From a virus, in IMG/VR virus record IMGVR_UViG_3300008050_007409: a DNA stretch of 64,000 nucleotides; one strand, given 5' to 3'. Within the stretch, counting starts at the first letter, position 1, and each line of letters starts with the position of its first letter. Positions 47,873 through 57,758 of the stretch are shown here, piece after piece. Under the pieces are notes generated by a model. The model worked only from the letters and a program-made list of their open reading frames with translations, was not told the origin of the DNA and did no database searches. The position numbers were made by a program, and so were the translations under genes.

Positions 47873-49449
47873 CAGGCCACCTCAGATTCGTCGTCAGGTG
47901 GACCTTCCGTGTTCCGGTAGGAGACGATGCAGTTGACCACACCTCCCAAGTCGTCCTGGTCGAAGTACTGGAAGGCCTGGTGGATGCTGGTGTCGATCTC
48001 GGTCACCACGCAGTCAGCTCCATCCACGGCGGACACCATGACGTTGCCCGTCTCCGGGTCGACAGAGACGTCCACGCAGGAGGAGATGTCCCCCTCCAAG
48101 ATCTCGTAGGTCGGTGTCAGGATCGAGGTGGAGCTGCCGTAGATCAGCTCACCCGCTGAGAAGCTGACGCTGGTGGCGTCGAAGACGCTCTGCAGCACGA
48201 GGAACACACCCTGGTCCGTGGCGACGTAGACGGAGCTCCCGGAGATGCGCACCTTGTTGATCTCGGCGATCTCGACATGAGTCAGCACCACCTTGGTGGA
48301 CCCCGAGCCCGTGCGAGGATCGAGGGCGCCAGCCCCCGTGTACCAGTCCTCGTTGGAGACCTGGGCGACGAGCTGCTGCCCGTTGGCGAAAGCCAGGACG
48401 CCTCCAGATCCGATGAAGATGCTGGGGACGGGCCGGTGGCTCACGTGGATGGAGCCAGAGTCTGTGAGATCGACTTCGGGATCCACGGAGATCTGTTCGT
48501 CTTGTACCTCAGTGACCGTGACCTCGAAGACGGGCCCAGAGGACGGGGTCAGGATGAGGGTGTCTCCGACCCTGACCTCGTTGGCCTTCCAGACCGCGGG
48601 CCCGGAGGGCTTCCTCAAGTACGGGGTGTCGCCGTCGCCGTCGTTGTCGTCGTAGGCCTCCCAGTCCCCAAGACCGGTGACCAGGAAGTCGTCGTGCTCC
48701 TTGGCCTGCGGCGAGCTCACCAGCGAGGAGAGCAGCACGATGCCCGTCATCCCCCTGGAGTGCCCCACGGCGGTCACGACGATGCCGCCGGACGAGCTCT
48801 CCGAGACGGCTGCCCCCACCACGCCCACGTCGACGCAGAGACAGTCGCGGTAGGTCGCGTACTGGGTGTAGACCTCGGCCTCGAGCATGCCGTCTACGTT
48901 CCGGTCCTGCAGCGTCACGCTCCCGGAATGGTGCGAGACCACGGTGCCCAGGTAGAAGGAGCGGTCGTTCCTGAAGTCCCCGATCCGGATGCCGACAGAG
49001 GTGGCCACGACCAGGAAGCCGTCGATGAAGGCGGCCTGCCTGATCTCGGTGGTATCGTCCCCCAGGAAGGTCCCGAAGCTGAAGGCGGTGACGCCGTCAT
49101 GCGGGACGAACCGCATCCACACGTCCAGGCTGTCCGCGTCGAGGATCACCACCTCGGAGGCCGTGGTGACGACGAAGATCCTGTCCGGGAAGCGGTCCAG
49201 CGTACCTCGGTAGAGATCCGCCTCCTCGTGCTCTCCCTCGGAAGACCAGGTGGCCTTGAAGGGGAGGTGCGTCGGGTCCGCGGCGCCGTCGGTGTACCAG
49301 AAGCCGTCTGCGGCGTAGCCGGTGAAGCTGGAGTCGGGATTGGCGAACGGGCTCTTGGAGACGTCGACGAACCTCATGTCCAAGATCTCCGCACCGATCA
49401 GGTGGGCGATCCCTTCGTTGTCCAGAGTTCCTGTCGAGATAGTGGCCAT
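47872..49449 (-). CDS. Beta-propeller-like structural protein
   Basis: LVVATSVGI and VYVATDQGVF blade motifs; start ATG 49449. Confidence 0.6.
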   Translation of the reverse strand: MATISTGTLDNEGIAHLIGAEILDMRFVDVSKSPFANPDSSFTGYAADGFWYTDGAADPTHLPFKATWSSEGEHEEADLYRGTLDRFPDRIFVVTTASEVVILDADSLDVWMRFVPHDGVTAFSFGTFLGDDTTEIRQAAFIDGFLVVATSVGIRIGDFRNDRSFYLGTVVSHHSGSVTLQDRNVDGMLEAEVYTQYATYRDCLCVDVGVVGAAVSESSSGGIVVTAVGHSRGMTGIVLLSSLVSSPQAKEHDDFLVTGLGDWEAYDDNDGDGDTPYLRKPSGPAVWKANEVRVGDTLILTPSSGPVFEVTVTEVQDEQISVDPEVDLTDSGSIHVSHRPVPSIFIGSGGVLAFANGQQLVAQVSNEDWYTGAGALDPRTGSGSTKVVLTHVEIAEINKVRISGSSVYVATDQGVFLVLQSVFDATSVSFSAGELIYGSSTSILTPTYEILEGDISSCVDVSVDPETGNVMVSAVDGADCVVTEIDTSIHQAFQYFDQDDLGGVVNCIVSYRNTEGPPDDESEVA

Positions 49450-49481
49450 CAGAGTTCTGCACCCGGTCTGCCCAGGTGGAT

Positions 49482-49488
49482 TAGCATA
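49482..49488. promoter_or_regulatory. Overlapping bidirectional -10-like element
   Basis: TAGCAT (+) and TATGCT (-) overlap in the 45-bp gap between divergent starts at 49449 and 49495. Confidence 0.4.
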
Positions 49489-49494
49489 CTGCAC

Positions 49495-49695
49495 ATGGAC
49501 ACGCAGACACACCGCCCTCGACTCAGCCAGGAGGATCTCCTCGATCTGGTGAAGGACCAGAAGGTCGTGCCGGGTCTGCTGACCCCGAAGCGCTGTGGAC
49601 GCTGCGACTGCCTCATGGCCCCCGAGAGGACCCTCGAAGGCGAGTCACGCTTCATCTGCCCGAACTGCCCCGAGACGGCTACGAGTCCTCAGTAG
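49495..49695 (+). CDS. Small zinc-ribbon protein (66 aa), antisense within the tail operon
   Basis: Reads MDTQTHRPRL...CGRCDCLM...FICPNC and fills an otherwise empty gap. Confidence 0.65.
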   Translation: MDTQTHRPRLSQEDLLDLVKDQKVVPGLLTPKRCGRCDCLMAPERTLEGESRFICPNCPETATSPQ

Positions 49696-52300
49696 AGGTG
49701 ATCGAGTCGGTGTCCGCGAGGTAGTGGTTGATCCTCGTGGTCGAGTGCTTGTCGGTGATGTGCTCGCCGATCCACTGGCGGTTGCGGCCGCAGCTGATGA
49801 CCGATCCCTGCAGCGGCATCTTCACGTACTCGGCGCCGGCGGCGTAGAGCTCATCGACCAGGTCCGAGATCTCGAAGTCGTCCTGCGGGTCCATGGCCAG
49901 CAGGAAGTCGATGACCGCCTCGTCGGCGTCGTCGGCGTCCAGGTCGGTGACCGGAGACATGATCACCACGGAGGGCATCATGTGCCGGATGAGGATGTCC
50001 TCCCCGACCGGGCGGTTGTCCTCGTGCTCCACGTAGTCCTGCAGGTCCTGGTAGCCCTCGGCGTAGTCGTAGGTGAGGCGGAGGACGTAGGAGGTCGAGG
50101 TGCTGCGGAGATCCTTGGTGTCGTTCACGTACCTGGTCAACGCCATGTACGTGTGCTCCTTGGTCGAGTAGGCGAGCTCGCTCTCCTGGGCGTGGAGGTA
50201 GTAGCCCTCGGCGAAGAAGCTGTCGGTGCTCGAGGTCACCGCCATGAAGGTGTCGATGTCCTGGTTGCCGGCTGATCCCTTGGCCGTCGCCTCCGCCTCG
50301 AGGTCGATGTAGTAGAGGCCCGTCTCCGCATCCAGGGCCATGCCCCGGCCGTCATCAGAGACCAGGTCAGCCTCCAGGCAGCCCTCCAGACCGTCAGGGC
50401 TCGACAGGATCACCGTCCCACTGTCCTCGCGGATGTCGAAGGTGGTCTTCCCGGAGCCTCCGTCGTAGACGGGCTCGCTCATGATGGTCCAGTACTCGGC
50501 GCCACCGTAGAGCCGGTTCCCTGGCTTCAGGTTCGGATCGCTGGTCAGATCCCCAGAGACCTCGCAGGAGTTGCTGTCGATGGTGTAGTTGCCGCTGGAG
50601 ACCGAGACGTAGTCCACCAGGTAGGTCACCACGCCATCGGGGCTGAACCGGAAGTCGGGGCCGACGAAGAAGTTGACCGGGTCCTTGAAGTAGATCCGCA
50701 CGGTGCCGGTGGCCTTGGTGCTGGCGTCACCACCCTCGAAGGCGGTCAGGGCCTTCATGGTCAGGATGTTGGCCAGAGGGATCGTGTCTCCGGTCTCCGT
50801 GAGGTCCAGGGAGTCCAGGAAGGCCACGCTCTTGACCCGCACCAGGGGGAGCTCCAGGTTGGCGTCGGCGATGTTCTCGGTGACCTTGACGTAGTCGCCG
50901 TCGCCGTCGGTGTAGGCCGTGAGGTCCGCGCTGCCGGGGATGACGAAGACCACATCGTCGTCGTCGTCGGTGACCACGCTGCCGTCGCTCTCGGCGACCA
51001 GGTTCCAGAGCGGGACCGTGAGGAGGTAGGCCTTCCCGTCGTTGTGGACTGACCGATCCACGTAGGTCACGATCTCGTAGGTCTGCTCGGACAGGGCGGG
51101 ATCGATGGAGGAGGCCAGCGTCAGGGTGGTCGCGGTCCTGCTGTTGATCTCGATCACCTCCTCCCCCAGCTTGAGGAAGTCGCCTCCGGAGACGCCTCGG
51201 GAGGAGAACCGGCCGTACTCGTCCCGGAACGTCGTCGTCGGTCCAGATCCGGGGTTCGTGTAGCCGTGCGTCCCGGCCCAGACCCTGAGCCCCTGGTCGG
51301 TCACGTTCTCGATGTCCAGGGACTCCTCGGTGGGGGTCGTGGTGAACAGCCAGATGTCGGTCTTGCCACCGATGTGGACGGTCTGGCCGGACCCGACCAG
51401 GCTCGGGTCCGCGCCGACGTAGCCGCCGGGGATGCCGGAGATGTCGACGGGGCCTGTGATCACGTCCCGGAGCATGAGGCTGTCGCCCATGCCCACGATC
51501 TCGATGTCGTCGATCGAGCTGAACTCCGCCTGCAGGACGGTCCTGCAGCCACGCAGGACGGCCAGGTTCCGGATCGTGATCGACTCCTTTGCCCTGGTGA
51601 TGCCCTCCAGCTTGGTCTCGTCGTCGTCGCCGGCGGTCGCGGCGGACTTGTTGGTGACCCGGACGACTCCTGCGATCCCCTGCACGGAGATGATGGACCC
51701 CTTGTCCACGTTGTAGGACTCGCCGGCGGCCTCGGCCTCCAGGGTCACGTCGAAGTAGTAGAGCGAGCCCTCCTGGTTGAAGCTCATCGACGTGCTGGTG
51801 ATCGTCTGGGTCTGGGTCGGGAAGAAGTTCAGACCGCTGCCGGTCGAGAACTGGCTCAGGGCTGTCACCACCACGGTCTGCGCGGAGGTGAAGTACATGC
51901 GCGCCGTGACCGTGGCCTTCTCGCCGACCTTGAGCTCGGTGAAGAAGTTGGCCAGCAGGGAGTTGACCTCCGGACGCGTCATGGCCTCGTAGTTGTCCAG
52001 GGACGCTGCGACCTTGATCCCGGCGAGCTCGCGCTTGTAGGGCTCCATGCCCACGGTCAGAGGCCGGGCGATCAGGTCTCTGGTCCCCGAGCCCTCACCC
52101 ACGTCGATGCCGTCGATGTTCTCCTCGAGGTGGGCGGCGACGAGCAGCTCGACATCTGTGGCGAGGGGGTCATCTCCGATCCGCTTCATCAGCGGGGTGA
52201 TCACCTTGGTGTAGAAGGCGGACCCGCTCGACGTGTCGATGGAGCTGTCGTAGTCGGACACCAGCTCTTGGATCAGCTCGATCATGGTCGTGTCGGCCAT
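49679..52300 (-). CDS. Baseplate J / gp6-like wedge protein
   Basis: LEAEAAGESYNVDKGSI...VTNKSAATAGDDDET is the BpJ signature; also GSGTRDLIARP. Confidence 0.8.
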   Translation of the reverse strand: MADTTMIELIQELVSDYDSSIDTSSGSAFYTKVITPLMKRIGDDPLATDVELLVAAHLEENIDGIDVGEGSGTRDLIARPLTVGMEPYKRELAGIKVAASLDNYEAMTRPEVNSLLANFFTELKVGEKATVTARMYFTSAQTVVVTALSQFSTGSGLNFFPTQTQTITSTSMSFNQEGSLYYFDVTLEAEAAGESYNVDKGSIISVQGIAGVVRVTNKSAATAGDDDETKLEGITRAKESITIRNLAVLRGCRTVLQAEFSSIDDIEIVGMGDSLMLRDVITGPVDISGIPGGYVGADPSLVGSGQTVHIGGKTDIWLFTTTPTEESLDIENVTDQGLRVWAGTHGYTNPGSGPTTTFRDEYGRFSSRGVSGGDFLKLGEEVIEINSRTATTLTLASSIDPALSEQTYEIVTYVDRSVHNDGKAYLLTVPLWNLVAESDGSVVTDDDDDVVFVIPGSADLTAYTDGDGDYVKVTENIADANLELPLVRVKSVAFLDSLDLTETGDTIPLANILTMKALTAFEGGDASTKATGTVRIYFKDPVNFFVGPDFRFSPDGVVTYLVDYVSVSSGNYTIDSNSCEVSGDLTSDPNLKPGNRLYGGAEYWTIMSEPVYDGGSGKTTFDIREDSGTVILSSPDGLEGCLEADLVSDDGRGMALDAETGLYYIDLEAEATAKGSAGNQDIDTFMAVTSSTDSFFAEGYYLHAQESELAYSTKEHTYMALTRYVNDTKDLRSTSTSYVLRLTYDYAEGYQDLQDYVEHEDNRPVGEDILIRHMMPSVVIMSPVTDLDADDADEAVIDFLLAMDPQDDFEISDLVDELYAAGAEYVKMPLQGSVISCGRNRQWIGEHITDKHSTTRINHYLADTDSITSTEDS

Positions 52301-52309
52301 CAGAATTCC

Positions 52310-52972
52310 TCAGAGCACCAGGGGCACGGAGACTGCCTGCCCTGCGTAGGTGGTCACGCTCAGGTAGGCCACAGCCTGCTGGCTCTCCGGGTTGAAGGAT
52401 ACCCGAGTGAACGTGAAGGACAGCAGCCTCTCAGACGGCGGGAGAGCCCTGCCAGCCTGGGCTGCGATGAACTGGGTCTCCGTCCGGGACGCCGCCTCCG
52501 TGAAGACGGCGGCGAGCTGGGCCTTGGAGCTGGGATCCAGGGTCAGGCCCAGGGCCCGGAGAACGTCTCCGCCCTCTGCCCTGTTGAACCGGTTCGAGCC
52601 CGAGTTGGAGAGCATCGACTTGACCAGCTGCTGGATCAGCTTCTGGACGCCCGTGACCTTGGTGATGTTGAAGGTCGGGGTGAAGACCAGGCGCACCCGG
52701 TTCCCAGAGGTCCACCTGGACGACACGATGGTGATCGCCATCTGACTGGTCGTGGTGTCCTCGAAGCTGTCGCCAGGGAACACCAGCAGGGTGCGGTCTG
52801 ACACCGCCGAGAAGTCCGTGATGTCCAGGCCGTTGATGCTGACGGTCTTGGCGTAGCGGACGTCCCCGTCACAGACGAGGCGTACAGCTCGCGGGTCCGA
52901 GTCCAGAACCTCGGAGGCGGACAGAACCCGGATGTCGTCTGCGATGGACAGGAACTGGATGTCGAAGCTCAC
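52310..52972 (-). CDS. Baseplate gp25-like protein with N-terminal Ig-like part
   Basis: VTGVQKLIQQLVKSMLSNSGSNRF...G and SERL motifs; immediately upstream of BpJ. Confidence 0.62.
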   Translation of the reverse strand: MSFDIQFLSIADDIRVLSASEVLDSDPRAVRLVCDGDVRYAKTVSINGLDITDFSAVSDRTLLVFPGDSFEDTTTSQMAITIVSSRWTSGNRVRLVFTPTFNITKVTGVQKLIQQLVKSMLSNSGSNRFNRAEGGDVLRALGLTLDPSSKAQLAAVFTEAASRTETQFIAAQAGRALPPSERLLSFTFTRVSFNPESQQAVAYLSVTTYAGQAVSVPLVL

Positions 52973-55900
52973 TCGCCCTCCACCGTCTCGAATTCATCAG
53001 GGTTCTCGATCATGTAGTCGAGGGCAGCGTCGGCCGCTTCCTTCGTCTCGATGATCCTGTCCTTCTTCGACCCGGAGACAGCGATCCACGGGAGGGTGGG
53101 ATCAGTGTCGGTGATGAGATCGCTCTCCACCTCTCCGTTGAGCTCGAAGATGGCACGAGAGAGGGCCTCGTCCAAGCCCATCTCCGCAGCCTCGTAGGTT
53201 CTGGTCTCCGCTGCCAGGTACTCGGCCAGGTCGGCCAGGGCGATGCGGATCTCCACCTCTTCCGGGACCGTGGTGGACGTGTTGGTCCCGGAGTAGTCCG
53301 AGGAGGTGGACTCGTCGGGGTTCTCCCCTGCGACGTTGCTGCTGGCCGCGGAGCTCCCTGACGACGTTCCCGACAGGGCGGTGGACTGGCCCAGTGTGTT
53401 GACGGCCACCGCGGCCGACGCGGAGTAGGAGCTGTCCCCGGCCGACATCTCCGACAGGGCCTCGAGGTCTCCGGCCTTGATGGCGTCGACCGCCTTGTCC
53501 ATGCTGAGCTGCTCGAACAGCGCGGTAACCGCGGAGGTCTCGCTGTTGGCCGGTACCTCGAAGGCAGTGGCCACGTCCTGGATGGCCTCGATCTGGGAGT
53601 AGAGACCGTCGCTCTCGTTGAAGATCTCGTCCAGGACGTAGGAGACGCTGTTCCGGACGATGCTGTAGGTCGTGACGGTCTGACTCGACTCGAACTCGTG
53701 GTACAGCGTGAGGGCGCTGTACGTGGGGTCTGAGTGATCCACGGTCTCCACGTAGGAGAAGACCTCCCCGTCGTCGGAGAGCGTCATGTAGACCTGATCT
53801 CCGGCCTGGATGTCCGCCTCCTTGGTCACGTGGAGGGTCGGAGTGGTGTCGTCGGCGTCGGAGTCGTCCTCCAGCGTGGCCGTCCCTCCCGGTGATGCGA
53901 CGATCTCGACCTTGGCCTCGCCGCCGAAGTCGGCAATCACCTCGGCCAGATGGAGCTTCAGGTCGTCCAGGTCCTCGTCCAGGTCCAGCTGCTCGAGCAA
54001 GTAGCGGAGCAGGAGGAAGCGGCCCCAGGCCTGTGCCCCGTTGCGGGTGATGACGAAGGTCTGGTCCGTCAGCCCAGCGGAGATGCGCGGGTTGAGCTCC
54101 ACCGTCCCGGCGCCGGCGTCGACCTCCTCGATCTCGTAGACCTCGGATCGGCCCCAGACCGTGAGCAGGTCCCCGGCCTCGACCAGGCTGAGGTCGATGG
54201 GTGAGCCCTCGGTGTCGTCACCTGGTGTGAAGGTGACGGTCTTCATCTCCTCGAAGTCCAGCACCTTGTAGGAGACGGGCCCCTTGGACAGCGGCATCCC
54301 CTTGTCGATGATCACAGCCTCAGCAATGCCATCGCCGTCGAGGTCGCTGACCCCCACGACCTTCGCCTTGATCATCTGACTGCCCATGACGTGCACGGTG
54401 GAGCCCTCGACCCAGTCGTCGGGGACGGAGCCGGTACCGAAGCCCCCGTCCGCGAGGAAGGCCGCGTCCCGGTCCACCAGGTAGGTCGTGTCGAGATTGG
54501 TGCCGGGGAGCACCACGAACCAGGTGAGGTCCTTCCCGACCGAGGCTGGGAGGGAGGTCCGGAGCTTGAGGACGTGCTCGTCGGCGATGTCCACGATCTG
54601 GACTCGGCGGGAGCCCGTCACCAGCTCCATCCCCGGCTTGACCGTGTCGAAGATGGCGTAGCTCAGACCCGACTGCCCGGCGTCGAGCTGTGCAGAGACC
54701 TTCACCTCGCTGGCGCTGATCACCTCGATGATGATCACGTCCTGCTGATCGGGGCCGTTGGGGTCCAGCCGGATGATGTCGCCCAGGGCAGAGCTGCCAA
54801 AGGGGCTGTTCACGGTGTCGGTGAACACGTCCGTGGTCAGGCCTCTCCAGATCTCCCAGTCCTGCCAGGGGGTCTCCAGCACGTCCACCCGGTCCTTGAT
54901 GCGGATCGTGTACGCCGGCGACGTGGAATCGTAGGGATCTTCCCGCACGGCGAAGTAGACCTGGTAGGCGTTCCCGTCGTGCACCAGGTAGCAGGCGTCG
55001 CGAGAGCCGTCGTAGGTGATCGTTCCCGCGACGCTGTTGTCGTCCCCGTTGTCGTCGGTGAAGTCCAGGAAGTCGATCTTGCTCCCGTAGCTGTCGCTGA
55101 AGGCGAAGAGCCAGGTCTTGTCGTCCTGGGGCGACACGTGCCAACCCGTGTAGAAGGCCGGGTTGTCGGCGTCGTTGGGGAGCGAGTCGTCCAGCTCCAG
55201 CCAGTAGAGGCCGATCTCCGGATAGGCGTTGCGGTCGTCTGGGTTGTACTTCAGGTTGTAGTCGCCCTCGTGGGACGACATGGCTGAGGCGGTGATCACC
55301 AGCTTGTAGCCAGGGCTCTCTGCCAGGGTGTCCTTCAACAGCCCGGCGTAGACGATCACGTCCTGGCTGTTGAAGAAGTACGTGCTGTCCGGGGAGATGT
55401 GCCAGGTGATCTGGGTCGAGTGCTCCGTGAAGGGGGTGTCGACCTTGAGGTAGTTCTGACCCACCACCTCGGAGATGGTGTGCGCCTCTCCTCCTATGCC
55501 GATGGGCGTGCCCGTACCGGAGCCCTCGTGGAGGTAGAGCTTGTCGCCGGCGACGATGCCCTTGGTGAGGAACTCCCCGTCCGGATCGTAGAACAGGTCC
55601 GTGTAGTCCTCAGGGTGGAAGTAGACCTCGACCTGGGAGTCCTCGAATCCTGAGAACACTCCATCGATCTGCACGATGTTGTCGGAGATCAAGGCTGTGA
55701 TCTCGTAATCGCCTTCGGCGTCCCCTCCGGTGTAGACCCTGGCCACGTCCCCGACCTGCACCAGGGCATCGAAGAAGCTCCCCGCGGTGTAGATGTAGTC
55801 CGGTCCGATCGTGCTCGTATCCGTGACGCTGGCCCCGTTGTAGACGATGCAGAAGACGTCTGTCTCGTAGCTGGCGATCGTGCTGTCCAGCATGATGCGG

Positions 55901-57735
55901 TCTTCGGAGATCACCGAGTCCACCTGGAACAGCTCCCGGTAGTCGCCGTCCACGGACTTGAGGTAGACGTAGTCGCCGATGGCGACGCTGTCGGTGACGA
56001 AGGTGGCCGTGCTGTCGTAGACGACGTAGTTCGAGCAGCGGGCCTTGACCTTCCAGTTCTTCCCGGAGAGAGCTGGCATGGATCGAGCGGACTCATCCAC
56101 GGTGAACCAGGTCGAGACGATGCCGTCGATCCTCCAGTAGACAGCGTCGGCAGAGACGCCAGAGATCTCCAGTAGATCGCCTACTGACACGCCGAGAGCG
56201 GTGAAGTCAGCGACGTTGGTGTCGAACCAGCGGTTGCTCGCGCTCTGGCCGGAGGAGGTGAATTGATCGTGAGTGGAGGGGTAGGTCCCGGCCTCGGCGT
56301 TCGCCACGCCGCTCTTGCCCAGAGGCTTCCCTCCGAGCTGACCGTCGACCGGCTTCATCTTGAAGGGCCACTTTGTCCCGGACTTCTGCCCCGTGAGGGC
56401 ATGGTCAGACGTGACCACCGAGCTCTGCCGCAGCTTCTTGCTGTTCAGGCCGTTGGTCGAGCCGTCGTCGTCCTCCAGGCGTCGATCCGTGAGGAAGATG
56501 CCGCCGCCTCCGGAGACCACCACGTTGGAGCCAGTCGCGCCGTCGCTGTACTCGGTCCAGAAGCTCTCGCCGGTGTCCTTGAAGTAGGTCCCGAGCATGT
56601 CCTCGAGGACCAAGTACCTGTCGTCCGAGGTGATGTCGTTCGGGATCTCAGGGGTGGTCGTGAGCTCCGTCGCCGTGACCGTCAGGATCCGGTAGCACTG
56701 AGCGGTGTGCACCAGGAACAGGAAGTGGTCTGGCTTCACGCCGTCCACTACGAAGGCGGCCCCGGAGTCCCGGAAGGTGTCGGTGAGGATGTCGCCGTCG
56801 CCGTCGTCTACGGCCTCTCCATGCCCACCTGCTAGAGGGTCCAGGTGGATGCGGCCGCCAGTCCCGAATCGAGCCCCAGAAGGCAGATCCACCACACTGA
56901 TCGGCTCTGGTACGCCCTTGCCCTGCCGCTGGAGGTAGTCCTTCGGCGTGGAGCCCTCGATGGCCGGGACGACCATCTTGGTCCCGGTGTAGTCCGGCGC
57001 GGTCTGGATGATCTTCAGGACTGCCCGGCTGGCTGCCAGGTCGATGAGGACCTGCTCCGCCAGGGCGGCCTGCTCGCTGGAGTTCGCCCCCTCCAGGTCC
57101 TTGATGGTCTGGGCGAGCTGCTTCCGGATCGCAAGGATCAGCTCGGAGGCGACCTTGGACTTCAGGTCGACCTCGAGGAAGGCATCGACCTGGGCGAGGA
57201 GGTCGTCCTTCTTGGCAAGCACGTCCAGCCACAGCGGCTCGAGTCCGGCGTAGACTGCCTTGGCCTCGTCCCTGATCACCACCCGGTTGCGGTTGGTGAC
57301 GTTGGGCATCACCTCGTCGGCGACGAAGTCCTCCAGGTCGCCCGTGAAGCCGTCCAGGTAGTTGTCGCTGAGAGTCCCCTCGGCGACGGAGCCGGAGAGC
57401 TGGGAGAGCTTCGTCCGGGCGCTGCGCAGCTTGGTGAAGTCGCTGATGAAGTAGGGGGCCTCGTCCCGGAGCGACAGCAGCAGATCGTCGCTGGCGAGCT
57501 TGGCCATTGCGTCGAGGATGCTCTGCAGGTCCTCGCCCCACGACGTGACCGCCATCGACAGCGGGTAGAAGGGCGCCTCGATGTCCATGAGCATCGACGT
57601 GCGGGCGATCTGAAGCGCCCTCTCGACGACCTTCTCCTGGTCGAGAGCCCCGGTGTCTGCATCACGGGAGACCTCGAGCGTCCTCGGGAGGAACTTCTCG
57701 ACGGCCGCCTGTACCTGTTCCGCTGTGATCGCCAT
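52969..57735 (-). CDS. Very large structural protein (1588 aa): helical ends with about 10 beta-repeats between them
   Basis: Repeated F...GV..GD.(L/V).(I/L)...Y.(I/V)..V units; acidic. Confidence 0.75.
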   Translation of the reverse strand: MAITAEQVQAAVEKFLPRTLEVSRDADTGALDQEKVVERALQIARTSMLMDIEAPFYPLSMAVTSWGEDLQSILDAMAKLASDDLLLSLRDEAPYFISDFTKLRSARTKLSQLSGSVAEGTLSDNYLDGFTGDLEDFVADEVMPNVTNRNRVVIRDEAKAVYAGLEPLWLDVLAKKDDLLAQVDAFLEVDLKSKVASELILAIRKQLAQTIKDLEGANSSEQAALAEQVLIDLAASRAVLKIIQTAPDYTGTKMVVPAIEGSTPKDYLQRQGKGVPEPISVVDLPSGARFGTGGRIHLDPLAGGHGEAVDDGDGDILTDTFRDSGAAFVVDGVKPDHFLFLVHTAQCYRILTVTATELTTTPEIPNDITSDDRYLVLEDMLGTYFKDTGESFWTEYSDGATGSNVVVSGGGGIFLTDRRLEDDDGSTNGLNSKKLRQSSVVTSDHALTGQKSGTKWPFKMKPVDGQLGGKPLGKSGVANAEAGTYPSTHDQFTSSGQSASNRWFDTNVADFTALGVSVGDLLEISGVSADAVYWRIDGIVSTWFTVDESARSMPALSGKNWKVKARCSNYVVYDSTATFVTDSVAIGDYVYLKSVDGDYRELFQVDSVISEDRIMLDSTIASYETDVFCIVYNGASVTDTSTIGPDYIYTAGSFFDALVQVGDVARVYTGGDAEGDYEITALISDNIVQIDGVFSGFEDSQVEVYFHPEDYTDLFYDPDGEFLTKGIVAGDKLYLHEGSGTGTPIGIGGEAHTISEVVGQNYLKVDTPFTEHSTQITWHISPDSTYFFNSQDVIVYAGLLKDTLAESPGYKLVITASAMSSHEGDYNLKYNPDDRNAYPEIGLYWLELDDSLPNDADNPAFYTGWHVSPQDDKTWLFAFSDSYGSKIDFLDFTDDNGDDNSVAGTITYDGSRDACYLVHDGNAYQVYFAVREDPYDSTSPAYTIRIKDRVDVLETPWQDWEIWRGLTTDVFTDTVNSPFGSSALGDIIRLDPNGPDQQDVIIIEVISASEVKVSAQLDAGQSGLSYAIFDTVKPGMELVTGSRRVQIVDIADEHVLKLRTSLPASVGKDLTWFVVLPGTNLDTTYLVDRDAAFLADGGFGTGSVPDDWVEGSTVHVMGSQMIKAKVVGVSDLDGDGIAEAVIIDKGMPLSKGPVSYKVLDFEEMKTVTFTPGDDTEGSPIDLSLVEAGDLLTVWGRSEVYEIEEVDAGAGTVELNPRISAGLTDQTFVITRNGAQAWGRFLLLRYLLEQLDLDEDLDDLKLHLAEVIADFGGEAKVEIVASPGGTATLEDDSDADDTTPTLHVTKEADIQAGDQVYMTLSDDGEVFSYVETVDHSDPTYSALTLYHEFESSQTVTTYSIVRNSVSYVLDEIFNESDGLYSQIEAIQDVATAFEVPANSETSAVTALFEQLSMDKAVDAIKAGDLEALSEMSAGDSSYSASAAVAVNTLGQSTALSGTSSGSSAASSNVAGENPDESTSSDYSGTNTSTTVPEEVEIRIALADLAEYLAAETRTYEAAEMGLDEALSRAIFELNGEVESDLITDTDPTLPWIAVSGSKKDRIIETKEAADAALDYMIENPDEFETVEGE

Positions 57736-57741
57736 GAAGCC

Positions 57742-57747
57742 AGTCTA
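57742..57747 (-). promoter_or_regulatory. -10-like TAGACT 6 nt upstream of ATG (leaderless-type start)
   Basis: Minus strand reads GATAGACTggcttcATG with no Shine-Dalgarno. Confidence 0.5.
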
Positions 57748-57758
57748 TCGGTTCTCGA

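Noticed and set aside
52969-57735. Tape-measure protein
   Set aside because: The central region is acidic beta-repeat rather than a long Ala/Gly-rich helical sequence.
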